A DNA stretch of 63,824 nucleotides, filler included, from Nemertoderma westbladi (Eukaryota > Animalia > Xenacoelomorpha): NCBI GenBank assembly GCA_032718475.1. It is 4 parts of 4 records of this genome, joined end to end, with 100 filler letters (N's around TTAATTAATTAA, not from the genome) between each part and the next. Parts side by side here need not be neighbours in the genome. Positions count along the whole stretch, not along the records: positions 23,111 to 42,520 come from JAUCBJ010004256.1; 3 more parts are not named here. One strand, written 5' to 3'. Below the pieces are notes generated by a model. It was not told the DNA's origin. It did not search any database and saw nothing but the letters and a program-made list of their open reading frames with translations. Shown here piece by piece: positions 27,371-37,900 of this stretch (position 1 is its first letter; every line of letters starts with the position of its first letter). Made by a program: the position numbers and the translations under genes.

Positions 27371-29009
27371 TGATATAAAGTTAATATATAGAAACGTTTG
27401 GACTATTGAAATTTATTTTTATATTGCGCCTTTTTTTTTACTAAAGACTTATGTACAGTCTACAGTGCTATAATTAGTTATTGATTTTGTGTTTCTAGAA
27501 TTAGAATTTCGTTTAGACTACGAGATGCGAGAGACCCGTATGCAGTCCATAGCCTATCTGGGGGCGATCACCGCCCATTTCTCGTACTGGGACTCCCCAG
27601 ACGTCGCTTTGTTCCTATTGCAGTGCGAATTCCCAGACTATGTGCAGTGGAGTAAAAAATAAACCCTGGGAAGAAGCCATGACAACCGGTTACAAACATA
27701 ACGGATAAATTAATGTTTTACGTAAATCTATTTTTGTATCATATAATTATTATTAATTGGTGCTAATTTTACCTCATTACAAATAATTCAATTAATTTAC
27801 AATATTTATTTACAATACTGCCTTATCTTCTTCTTATTGTGCTGTTATATTATTTTATCCTTTGTTTGTTATACTTTTTTGTGTTTATATATAATTCAAA
27901 ATTTATTTTAATAATATATTTATAGTTATATAATAATATTCTATTATTCTATCTGTAAAGTACATTCGTGAACGCAAGTGGCAAAATGTGCAGCCCTAGT
28001 AGACCGAGCCCCATTGTACACCAAACGTTTAATTTCACGGTATTTCTTCAGCAGTCGTTTCGTAAAGCTACAATATGTTGTTAAGCACTTTACAGTGTTC
28101 AGATTCTCATATTATTCTGACTGTCCTACCAGTTGGACTTGAGTATGTAAACTGAAAGTAAAAAAACGTTCACACCCACCTGTATGGGGCGAGCTCAGGG
28201 TCCTATTTATTATTCAAACAGTCAGAATTCCCGTCGTGTAAATAATGAATTTTACCTGTACTCGTACTCGACGCATGTTTGACTAAATATTAAATGTAAA
28301 ATTGTTGTTGCCCCCTCCCGAGGGTGACCAAATGGAATTTGGTCACTTAGATTCCTTTGATCCATAGTTCCAGCCAACAATACAAACTCTTTATCTAATG
28401 ATACCACCGGTGACCTGGACAAGAACCTACCTACAGAGGTTCCATTTCTAGAAAATATTTAAAAAATATTATATTTTAGTAATTAATAAACTTCCCTCGA
28501 GTAATGCACTTTTCGAACGGCCCATGTGAAGATAACAGATCTCCAATATCCATACTCGCTAGGAACATCCCTCACGTTAGTCTCAACATCTTGGGTGGGA
28601 CAGGAGTAGGCCAGGGGCCAAAATATATACTAAATCATATTTCAACTCTTAATTTTCGACTGTACAGTAGCTTGCGTTTCAAGGATTCCAATATAACAAT
28701 GTCTGAGTATTGTTACAAAGATTGCAAGAATTATCGTTCGCTGCAGGCCAAAACACTATTAAAGGCCATGGTGTAATCGTACGGATCAAACGTAAAGCGT
28801 TTAATAATAAGGATGTATTGGAGTTTGAAGCCCCGCGGAATGAAACCCAACTTAAGATATTTATTCATTATGTAGATAAGTTTATCCATTACGGGGTTTA
28901 CTTTAAATATTATTGAGTCACTATGTCATTGGGTAGTGGGCATATCCACACTCACTCTCCAGACTGCATAAAGTTGATAGCCGGTGTAACAGGCTGAGAT
29001 AACTCCCCC

Positions 29010-29095
29010 GTTTTCTCCCGAGATTTCTCAATTAACGGAAAGGAGCAGGTTACAGTGGCGGGCTTTTCTAACCAAAACAATAAACGATAGCTCAA
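29010..29095 (+). mobile_element. Dispersed SINE-like repeat copy
   Basis: ggaaaggagcaggttacagtggcgggcttttctaaccaaaacaataaacg is the reverse complement of 3357-3410. Confidence 0.65.
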
Positions 29096-29166
29096 CCAAA
29101 GGTTACAGTCATTTTTGCAATCCGAAAATACCACAGGTACGGATATGGAACTATAACTCAATTATG

Positions 29167-29260
29167 GGAGTCATCTCAGCCTAAGGGGGAGTCATCTTAG
29201 CCTAAGAGCAAGAGGAGTCATCTTAGCCTAAGAGGAGTCATCTTAGCCTAAGGGGAGTGT
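29167..29260. repeat. ~20-bp tandem repeat (ggagtcatcttagcctaag), 4 copies
   Basis: Direct inspection. Confidence 0.85.
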
Positions 29261-29508
29261 TCTCAGGTAGTGGACCCTTCCTTAAATATAATTATCAAAA
29301 TTTATGATAAAAACTAACAACAATCAATTACAATAAACTCATAATAACTCTTATTCTGGCTCACCCAGCAAGGAGGATAGGGGGGAGATGAAACTATCTC
29401 TGTTTCAAATTTCATGCAATCGCACTCACTCGCTCACTCGATTACCATACATATTATTATGTGTTTGAATAATAGAAATAATACTGTAATAACGTATATA
29501 ATATTAGT

Positions 29509-32025
29509 ATGATCGCAACATTTGATGGGAATCCCAAGACAACAGTTATATGTTGCTACAGTCCAACCAATGCCTCAGAGCCAGAACAAGCAGTCAAGTT
29601 TAATGAAGATCTGACTGGACTTATAAAGGACATTCCGAAACACAATGTTAAAGTCATTGCTGGTGACCTGAATGCGCAAATTGGCCCAGAAGACATCAAG
29701 GGTTACACCTATAACACCAGTTCTAACAGAAATGGGTACTTACTTTTAGACCTAATGGAAGAATGTGAATTGATACCAACAAACAACACATTCGAAAAGA
29801 GTAAGGGGAAGCTATGGACCTTTCAATGCCCTAATGGAACCAAAGCACAACTGGATTACATCCTTATAAACAAAAAGTGGAGAATCAGCATGATCAACTG
29901 CGAGGCATACAGCTCGTTCAACCTAATTGGTTCGGACCACAGAATTGTGACTGCAGAGATCAGACTCAGTTTGAGAGCCAGCAAACCCAGGACAAGCAAG
30001 CAAATCAACTATGACTGGGAGAAACTCAGAACTGACAATGCAGTAAAGGATGCTTACACAGTAGAAGTTCAAAACCGCTAATAAAAACAAAAGCTAATAT
30101 ACCAGAATATAATAACAGCCCACAAGGAATCAGCTAAGAGGCATATCCCCCAGAAACCCAAACGAAAACAGTATGTGTCATGGCAAAACTCTGAGGTTAC
30201 TTGTAAGAGAGAAGATCTTAAGATAGCCTACAAAGTTACAACCGAACAACCAACAACAGAAAACATTAACAAGGTTGAGAAAGGACGATCTTAAATTGGC
30301 CTACAACATCAGCCAGGAAAAGTACATACAGGATAAAATTGAAGCAATTACAACTGCTCACATACAGCAACAATCAAGACTTACCTGGCAAACTGTAAAT
30401 GAGGTATCTGGTCGGAAAAGTTGTGCAAAGGGGCGCCTCAAAGCCGATAGTCCTGAAGAACGTGTTGGGAAGTGGAAAAATCACTTCAGCAACTTGCTTG
30501 GGCAGCCACCAAACATCGAGGTCAGCCCTACAAGGAAAATATATGACAAGACACTACCTATAGAAACAGGGGATTTCACACCTGCCGAACTCCAAAGAAG
30601 CATTAAAAGCATGTCCAATAATAAAGCGAGTGGATTAGATGAAATCCCAGCGGAGGTATGGAAAACAGGAGTGCTAAACAGACCATTATTGAATGTTTGC
30701 AACCGGATGTTAAAAGGGGAAAAGCCACCACCAATTTGGACTAAAGGTCAACTAAAGCCTCTCCCCAAGAAAGGAGACCTCGGTATACCAACAAATTATC
30801 GTGGGATCTGTCTGCTTGTGGTAGCTGCCAAAATATACAATAAAATGATTCTATATAGGATTAGGCCTCACATAGAGAAACTACTGCGTAAGAGCCAAAA
30901 CGGATTTCGACCAAGTAGATCAACAATAGCTCAGATACTTGCACTACGGAGACTGATTGAAGGAATTAAGTCGAAGAATCTCCCCGCAGTCATGACTTTT
31001 GTGGACTTCAAGAAGGCATTCGACTCCATCCATAGAGGCAAAATGCTTGAAATCCTAAGAGCTTATGGAATACCAGAAGTAATTGTTGCTGGCATTGGAT
31101 TGTTATATTGTGACACAGAAGCGCAGGTACTCTCACCAGATGGTGAAACTGAGTTTTTCTCAATCCTGGCTGGGGTACTGCAAGGTGACACATTAGCACC
31201 ATTACTATTTGTAATTGTGCTGGATTACGCAATGAGGACAGCCACAAAGGGTGAAGACCTGGGATTCACACTTCAAGAACGCAGAAGTAGTAGATATCCG
31301 GCAACTACAGTCACAGACACCGACTTTGCGGATGACATCGCCCTGCTCTCTAATACGCTAGCAGATGCACAGCTTCTACTAAATAAAGTGGAGAGGGCTG
31401 CTAAGGAGGTTGGATTGCATATAAATGCTACCAAGAGCGAATTCATGACCTTTAATGTTGATGGAAACTTGACAACCATTGACAATAATCAACTAAGGAA
31501 GGTTGACCACTTCCAGTACCTTGGATCATGGATAGAGAGTAGCAAAAAGGACATAGAAGTTAGGAAAGCAAAGGCTTGGGTAGCTCTATCAAAAATGGAT
31601 ACCATCTGGAAATCAGATCTCTCCAGGCACCTGAAGACTAAGTTCTTTCGAGCCACAGTGGAAAGTGTATTTTTATACGGGGGTGAGACCTGGACACTGA
31701 CTAAATCACTTGAACAACGAATTGATGGTTGCTACACAAGACTACTAAGGGCAGCCCTAAACATCAGCTGGAGACAACACATGACAAACGCCGAGCTTTA
31801 TGGTACAATACCACCTGTATCAACCACCCTCCGTGAACGCAGATTAAGATTCAGTGGGCACTGCTGGCGAAGTAAAGACGAGGTCATACCAGATCTACTT
31901 TTCTGGCAACCAACTCATGGAAAGCGTAGTCGTGGACGACCGGCCATAACATATATAGATCAACTTGAAAGGGATACTGAACTTGGGAGAAACGAAATTG
32001 CGACAACTATGGAGAATCGGTGTAA
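29509..32025 (+). mobile_element. RTE-like LINE ORF (APE endonuclease + reverse transcriptase), disrupted between 30081 and 30275
   Basis: CYSPTN, GDLNAQIG, LDYIL, SDHR (APE); QNGFRP, FVDFKKAFDS, QGDTLAP, FADD, YLGS (RT); C-terminal GKRSRGRP. Confidence 0.92.
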
Positions 32026-32083
32026 GACTAACTATATGACAGTGTACAGTAGAATTGATATGTCAATATCTAATTACCGCAAT

Positions 32084-32141
32084 CAATAATTAATTATCAT
32101 GTAACTATGAGTATTCATAGTTACATGATAATTAATTATTG
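32084..32141. repeat. Perfect 27-bp inverted repeat with a 4-nt loop
   Basis: caataattaattatcatgtaactatga-gtat-tcatagttacatgataattaattattg. Confidence 0.95.
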
Positions 32142-32564
32142 CCCTGTACCCCTGCTGCCAGGTGCAGGTCGCAGTGAAGTGCACTCAGAGTGGACATGAG
32201 AACACTCTACTCCTGACCAGCCATTGGTAGATCACCATCTGCCTGGCCAGGCCATATACCCCTGCAGCCAAGTACAGTATATGGGTCCTTAATCCAGGAC
32301 CAAGGGTGCCCTTATCCCAGAACGAAGGGGGTACTTAGTTACAGGACCATATTTGCCCTAGTAAGTAAGAGGGTCGGTCTATGCAGCCACAGGTGGCACT
32401 TCCTTTATGCTGCATGGAGGTGGCAAGTTTTATTGATCAATGACCTAGAATACCTGACATGACCTGATATGGTACCAAATGGGGGGGTTTCGACGCAGTC
32501 AAAATTCACCCCTCTCCGTGGGAAAATCGCCTACGACGCAAATAAAAGCTGATTACTTTGTGTT

Positions 32565-32745
32565 TCGTTTATTATTTTGTTTAGAATAACATGCCACTGT
32601 AACCTGCTCCTTTCCATAAATTGATAATTTAATATTGAGACAAAATAATAATTCGCCGGATGGGATTTGTGCCCCCCCCCCCCCCCCCCCCCCCTTCGAA
32701 CCTTCGTGTATAGTCTGATGTACCTTCCTGTTGCGTAACTAATAT
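32565..32745 (-). mobile_element. SINE-like copy with a degenerate tRNA-like head
   Basis: Minus strand has A-box-like tagttacgcaacagg and B-box-like ggcacaaatcc, then the shared ggaaaggagcaggttacag body. Confidence 0.5.
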
Positions 32746-32859
32746 CTTGGCAATCTTAGCAGTGCTAAGGAATATACTGTATAAACTGGGTCTGGGATGA
32801 TGGTGGGTTCTAAGTTTAGCTAACAGCCTAAGCTGCTAAGATATCTAAGTTCTCTTCGA

Positions 32860-33203
32860 ATATATATATATATAGGACCTACTGTGTACTGTGTACTGCT
32901 GTACTGTGTAAGTTGTATAGTGTTATATATATATATAGGACCTACTGTGTACTGTGTACTGCTGTACTGTGTAAGTTGTATAGTGTTATATATATATATA
33001 GGACCTACTGTGTACTGTGTACTGCTGTACTGTGTAAGTTGTATAGTGTTATATATATATATAGGACCTACTGTGTACTGTGTACTGCTGTACTGTGTAA
33101 GTTGTATAGTGTTATATATATATATAGGACCTACTGTGTACTGTGTACTGCTGTACTGTGACTGTGTAAGTTGTATAGTGTTATATATATATATATAGGA
33201 CCT
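32860..33203. repeat. 63-bp minisatellite, ~5 copies, ~250 bp upstream of the ERCC6 ATG
   Basis: ggacctactgtgtactgtgtactgctgtactgtgtaagttgtatagtgtt(at)n repeated. Confidence 0.95.
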
Positions 33204-33449
33204 GAAACGAGATCCTCTAAGTGAAATATATGTACATTATTACTGTATTAACTCGAATATGTTGCTCAGTTTTATAAATTATAAATCTTACCGCCCGCAC
33301 TGTGTACTGCTGTACTGCAGTACAGCAGTAGGCCTACTGTGTAAGTTCGCAAAGACAGAAAGATCTAAGTTTATCTTTCTTTACCGTTCAGATTATACAT
33401 TAGGCCTATACCCGTTAAACGGTAGCCTAACTATTAATTAAAACTAAAA

Positions 33450-34866
33450 ATGAGTACCGGTGATAATATGGAGGATTTGGAGGAATCAAAAGGAGCTGAT
33501 GATGATATAAATGAATTCGACGTCATGTGCAGATCTCAAGAGGCGGTAGAAGCTGAAATTATAGAGAAAATACAATCGGACTTCGATAAGAAAGATAAAA
33601 GTATACGCGATAAACAGCGAAAACGTAGAATTCTGGGCCTAAATTCAAAAATAAAGAAATTAAAACATAGTTTGGAATACAAACGGAACCTTCTGAATGA
33701 GCTAAGTAAGGGTTCAGTTTCCTCTGCGTTGTATACGTTCAGGAAATGGGAGCGGCTGGAAAGGGAATGCGGGCAATTACAAAGCGAGATCGATAGAAAA
33801 GAGAGTGAGAAGTTGGAGCCGGATGTTTCTTGCGTCGACGTGTTAAATTTCGACGCCCCTAATGAAACAGAGCAGGAACGATTGATTAGAATAGGGGAAA
33901 TAAATCCGTTCGAATTAGCGGATACTGGGGAACCTCTTGTCGGTTGTAGTCGCGTGGAGGGAACCGGTACCGATAGGAACGGAACCGGTAGGCCTACCGA
34001 TAGGAACGGAACCGTTACCGATAGGAACGAAACCGGTAGGCCTACCGATAGGAACGGAACCGGCACCGGCACAACCACCAGCGACGAGGAGGCTGCCGAT
34101 CCCTCCTACCAATATTCCTCGGATGACAGCGGAAAGTTAGTCGAGGATTTTGGAAGCGCCGAAGTAAAGTGGGAGTTTAAGAAGGGAGTTTATAAATCAC
34201 AATGCGAGGCGGCGGCGAGGAAAAAAGTAAAGCGAACGAAAGCCGCGGCGAGGAAGGCGTTGGATAAATCGAAACGAATTCCTAATAAACTCCGGAAGGA
34301 CTCGGTTGTTGACGACTGGAACGAGACGCAATACCGGAAGCGACAACGCGAGTACCAGTTGGATAGGTTGTTATACGAGGGAGAGAATGGGTTGGAACCG
34401 GTGGAGGGAGGGTTGAGGGTGCCGTTGGGAGTGTGGAGGAGGTTGTACGAGTACCAACGGAGCGCCGTGAGGTGGTTGTTTCGGTTGGACAGACAGGGGG
34501 TCGGCGGGGTGCTGGGCGACGAGATGGGGTTGGGGAAGACGGTGGAGGTGGTTGGGTTCCTGGCGGGGTTGGCATCGAGCGGGTTGGGTCCCGGCGGCTC
34601 GGCGGACGGCCCCGGCGGCTCGGTGGACAGTCCCGGCTACCGGGGTCTCGGTCCCGTGTTGGTCGTGGCCCCCACCACCGTGCTGCACCAGTGGGTGCGG
34701 GAGTTCCACCGCTGGTGGCCACCGTTTCGGGTTGCCATCCTACACGATTGCGGTTCCTACGTCGGGGACAAACGGAAGCTGATTCGCGAGACATTCCGGA
34801 AGCGCGGGGTTCTTGTGACGTCATACACGACGCTAAGGATAAACGCGGCTGTTATACTCGCTTTGG
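33450..34866 (+). CDS. ERCC6: ERCC6/CSB SNF2-family ATPase, exon 1
   Basis: ETEQERLIRIGEINPF (CSB N-terminal motif), LYEYQ, GGVLGDEMGLGKT, PTTVLHQWVREFHRWWPPFRVAILH; phase-1 donor G|GTCCGT. Confidence 0.93.
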
Positions 34867-35498
34867 GTCCGTCTAAACACCCCAAATAATCACAAAATAA
34901 TGGAATCAGGGAGCAGCAGACCCACATAAAGGGCCGACACCAGTGCAGTAAATCCATGTAAACAAAATATGGACCCTTAAAAATACTTGTTCTAGAACAA
35001 AACTCATTTTATAAGTAAATAACTAACAACATATTCTAGAACATTTCTCAAAGTATAGCTGGATTAATAATTATTTGATTAATAATTAATAGTCTAAATA
35101 GAATTATTACCTTTTTGTAAATTCTCCTTAGACTAGTCTTATATTCAATATAATCTTATCCTCGATTTAATAGAACCGATTTAATTAAATCGATAGCAGT
35201 TTAAATAAAAGGTTATAATCCCTGCTGCCCATTGACCTGTGATAAAAAAACCTATCGATGTTCAAACAATATTTTTTTCAAATTGCATTTATTGACCATT
35301 CATAACAAACACTACGTTATACTTTATATATAAAAATGTTATTGTTAAACAAAATAATAATTTTATACATTAATATTCTAGAACACGTTTTTCGCTCCGT
35401 TCCTAAACCCAACCCAATTCGAAGTGGTTAAAATATTTTGGATCCCTCCAGCGTTGTGTGTTATTGGGGGTGTTTACCCGGACCTCCCCTCCCCCCAG
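34867..35498 (+). other. ERCC6 intron (632 bp) with weak donor GTCCGT and complementary ends
   Basis: G+AC restores ILAL-DWHYAILDEGH in frame; acceptor ctcccctccccccAG. Confidence 0.85.
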
Positions 35499-37900
35499 AC
35501 TGGCATTACGCTATCCTAGACGAGGGCCACTGTATACGCAACCCGGAGGCGGCTATAACCCGAGTCTGTAAACGCCTGCGGACCCCCCACAGACTGATAC
35601 TGTCCGGCTCCCCGCTACAGAACAACCTCCGGGAACTCTGGTCCCTAATAGACTTCGTCTACCCCGGTAAACTCTCCTCCCTCTCTGTGTTTATGGAGCA
35701 GTTCTCCGTGCCCATCCTACAGGGGGGCTACGCGAACGCCTCGCCGCTGCAGGTTCGCACGGCCTACACGTGCGCCTGCGTTCTACGGGACACCATTAAA
35801 CCCTACCTACTGCGTAGACTAAAGGCCGACCTCGGTGGCTCGCTAAATCTACCCAATAAGAAGGAACACATATTGTTCTGTAAACTCTCACAACAACAAG
35901 TTCATTTATACCGCGATTATTTATCTTCTAAGGAAGTTTCTTCTATACTTAGTGGCTCTCTCCAGGTTTTTACCGGTCTTATAAAGCTCCGTAAGATTTG
36001 CAACCATCCGGATTTAGTCGGAGTTGTTTCGAAGGATGAAACCTTCGGCGCTGTTAGTAAATCTGGTAAGTTAACCGTCGTGGAGTCCTTGTTAAAGATG
36101 TGGAAACGCCAGGGGCATAAGGTGCTTGTGTTCTCGCAGAGTCGGCAGATGTTGGACATATTGGAGTTGTTGGTTGTCGCGTTGGGGTTTAATTACAGTC
36201 GGATGGACGGGACCACGGGGGTTAGGAGTAGGCAGACGCTGATAGCGGGGTTCAACGGGGATCCGGATAAGTTCGTGTTTCTGTTGACGACGCGTGTCGG
36301 CGGGCTGGGGGTTAATCTAACGGGGGCGGATCGCGTGGTCCTGTACGACCCGGATTGGAATCCAAGCACCGACGTGCAGGCGAGGGAACGGGCCTGGCGG
36401 ATCGGGCAGACTCGTGACGTCACCATCTACAGACTGGTGACCACGGGCACCATCGAGGAGAAGATCTACCATCGGCAAATCTTCAAGCAGTTCCTCGCGA
36501 ACCGGATCCTTAAGGATCCGAGGCAACGGAGGTTCTTTAAGTCCAACGATTTGTTCGAGTTGTTCTCCTTCCTCCCGGAGGACGACGGACGGACGGACAC
36601 CCAGACTGCCGCCATATTCGCCGGAACCGGCGCCAATATTACCCAGAAATCCGTCGCTAAAAGAACTCAATACAAAACGCCGAAGGTCGCGAAGCAACAG
36701 AGTAAACAAACAGGAGTAAATGAACCGGAAGTTGCCGTTTCAGATGGCGCTGCAGGGCCGTCCGGTAAAGGGGATGAATTCACGGCGTTATTAAAAAGTT
36801 GGGGTTTGTCGAATAATTCCAGCTCCAAAACAATCAGTCAACTACAGAGCAAATACACCCCTATGAGTAAACCAAGAACTCATAGTAAAGTCAAGGTAGA
36901 CGGGGAAGCCATTGATAATGTTGTTCGTAAATCCGTTTATAAAACCGCTAAGAGTGAATCTTCTGTTACGAATGAGGACGATTACGTGTTGGGTAAGTTA
37001 TTCCGGGGCTCCGGGGTACATTCCGCCCTGCAACACGATACCATAATGGACTGCTCGAGGGCGGACTATAAACTAGTTGAGTTAGAGGCGGAGAAGGTGG
37101 CCAGCAATGCGGTGGAAGCCCTGAAACGGAACCGGTGGGAGATACACCGAGATTCGGTTGCTAAACCGAAAGTACCCCGGTTCGGTCAGAGTAAGAGCTT
37201 CTTATTGAGCAGCTCAACTGTGTTAAACAACATCAGAAAACCAGAAGAAACATCGTCTACGTTTAAGAGATCCAAAACTCTTCCTGTTACTGACAGTGAT
37301 GATATTCGTGATACATTTTTTAGTTTCGATCAACCGTCCAGGAATGAGTCGGTACTTAGAACGACAGTGAAGTCGCCATCGAAAGCGCCTTTATCATCCG
37401 CCTTAACATCATCATCCAGAACTTATACAGCTTCGCCATCGATGTCTTCCACGCAATCACATTCAAACTCCTCAAACTCAAACACACCGTTTGTTATTCC
37501 AACCTCGCCAACGAGCTCTTCAGTTTCTTCTAACACGCCTTCCAGCTCTTCACCCTCCTCTGTCACGCCTTCCAGCTCTTCACCCTCCTCTGTCACGCCT
37601 TCCAGCTCTTCGGCGTCATCATCCGCGCTGTTGCAACGCATCCGGGCGAGGAACTCATTAACCGTTCCGGTTGATGGCCTAGTGGAACACGCGGATTTAG
37701 TGAAGGACGTCAGGGACTTCGTTTGTACCGGCGCTGCGACATTCGGGTTCGCTTCCACGGCGGAGGTTATTGATCAATTCAAACATCGGGTTGTCGCAGG
37801 CAATAACGAGGTCTTCAAACACATACTGAAGGAGTTGTGTTTTATGGAAAGGACCTCGGATGGACAGGGGATTTGGATTTTGAAACCAGAGTTTAAGTAA
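35499..37900 (+). CDS. ERCC6: ERCC6/CSB exon 2; total protein ~1272 aa
   Basis: LDEGH, SGSPLQNNLRELWSL, LRKICNHP, TTRVGGLGVNLTGA, QARERAWRIGQ, KDPRQRRFFKSNDL, SSALLQRIRARN, C-terminal GIWILKPEF; AATAAA at ~38109. Confidence 0.97.

Larger units (their letters stand above)
25035..27512. mobile_element. Long inverted-repeat element (Penelope pLTR-like or MITE) carrying hammerhead motifs; right arm split by a LINE
   Basis: Left arm ~25035-25248 is the reverse complement of 25300-25386 joined to 27380-27512. Confidence 0.65.

Noticed and set aside
27560-27660. 7SL/SRP RNA fragment (also the ggaaaggagcagg repeat resembling SRP helix 8)
   Set aside because: Only short patchy similarity; the pairing partner strand and Alu domain are missing
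32884-33198. Hydrophobic Cys-rich repeat ORFs
   Set aside because: Translation artefacts of the 63-bp minisatellite
34867-35498. ERCC6-PGBD3-like piggyBac fusion, or a split/pseudogenised ERCC6
   Set aside because: No transposase ORF in the interval; a single GT-AG intron restores the frame
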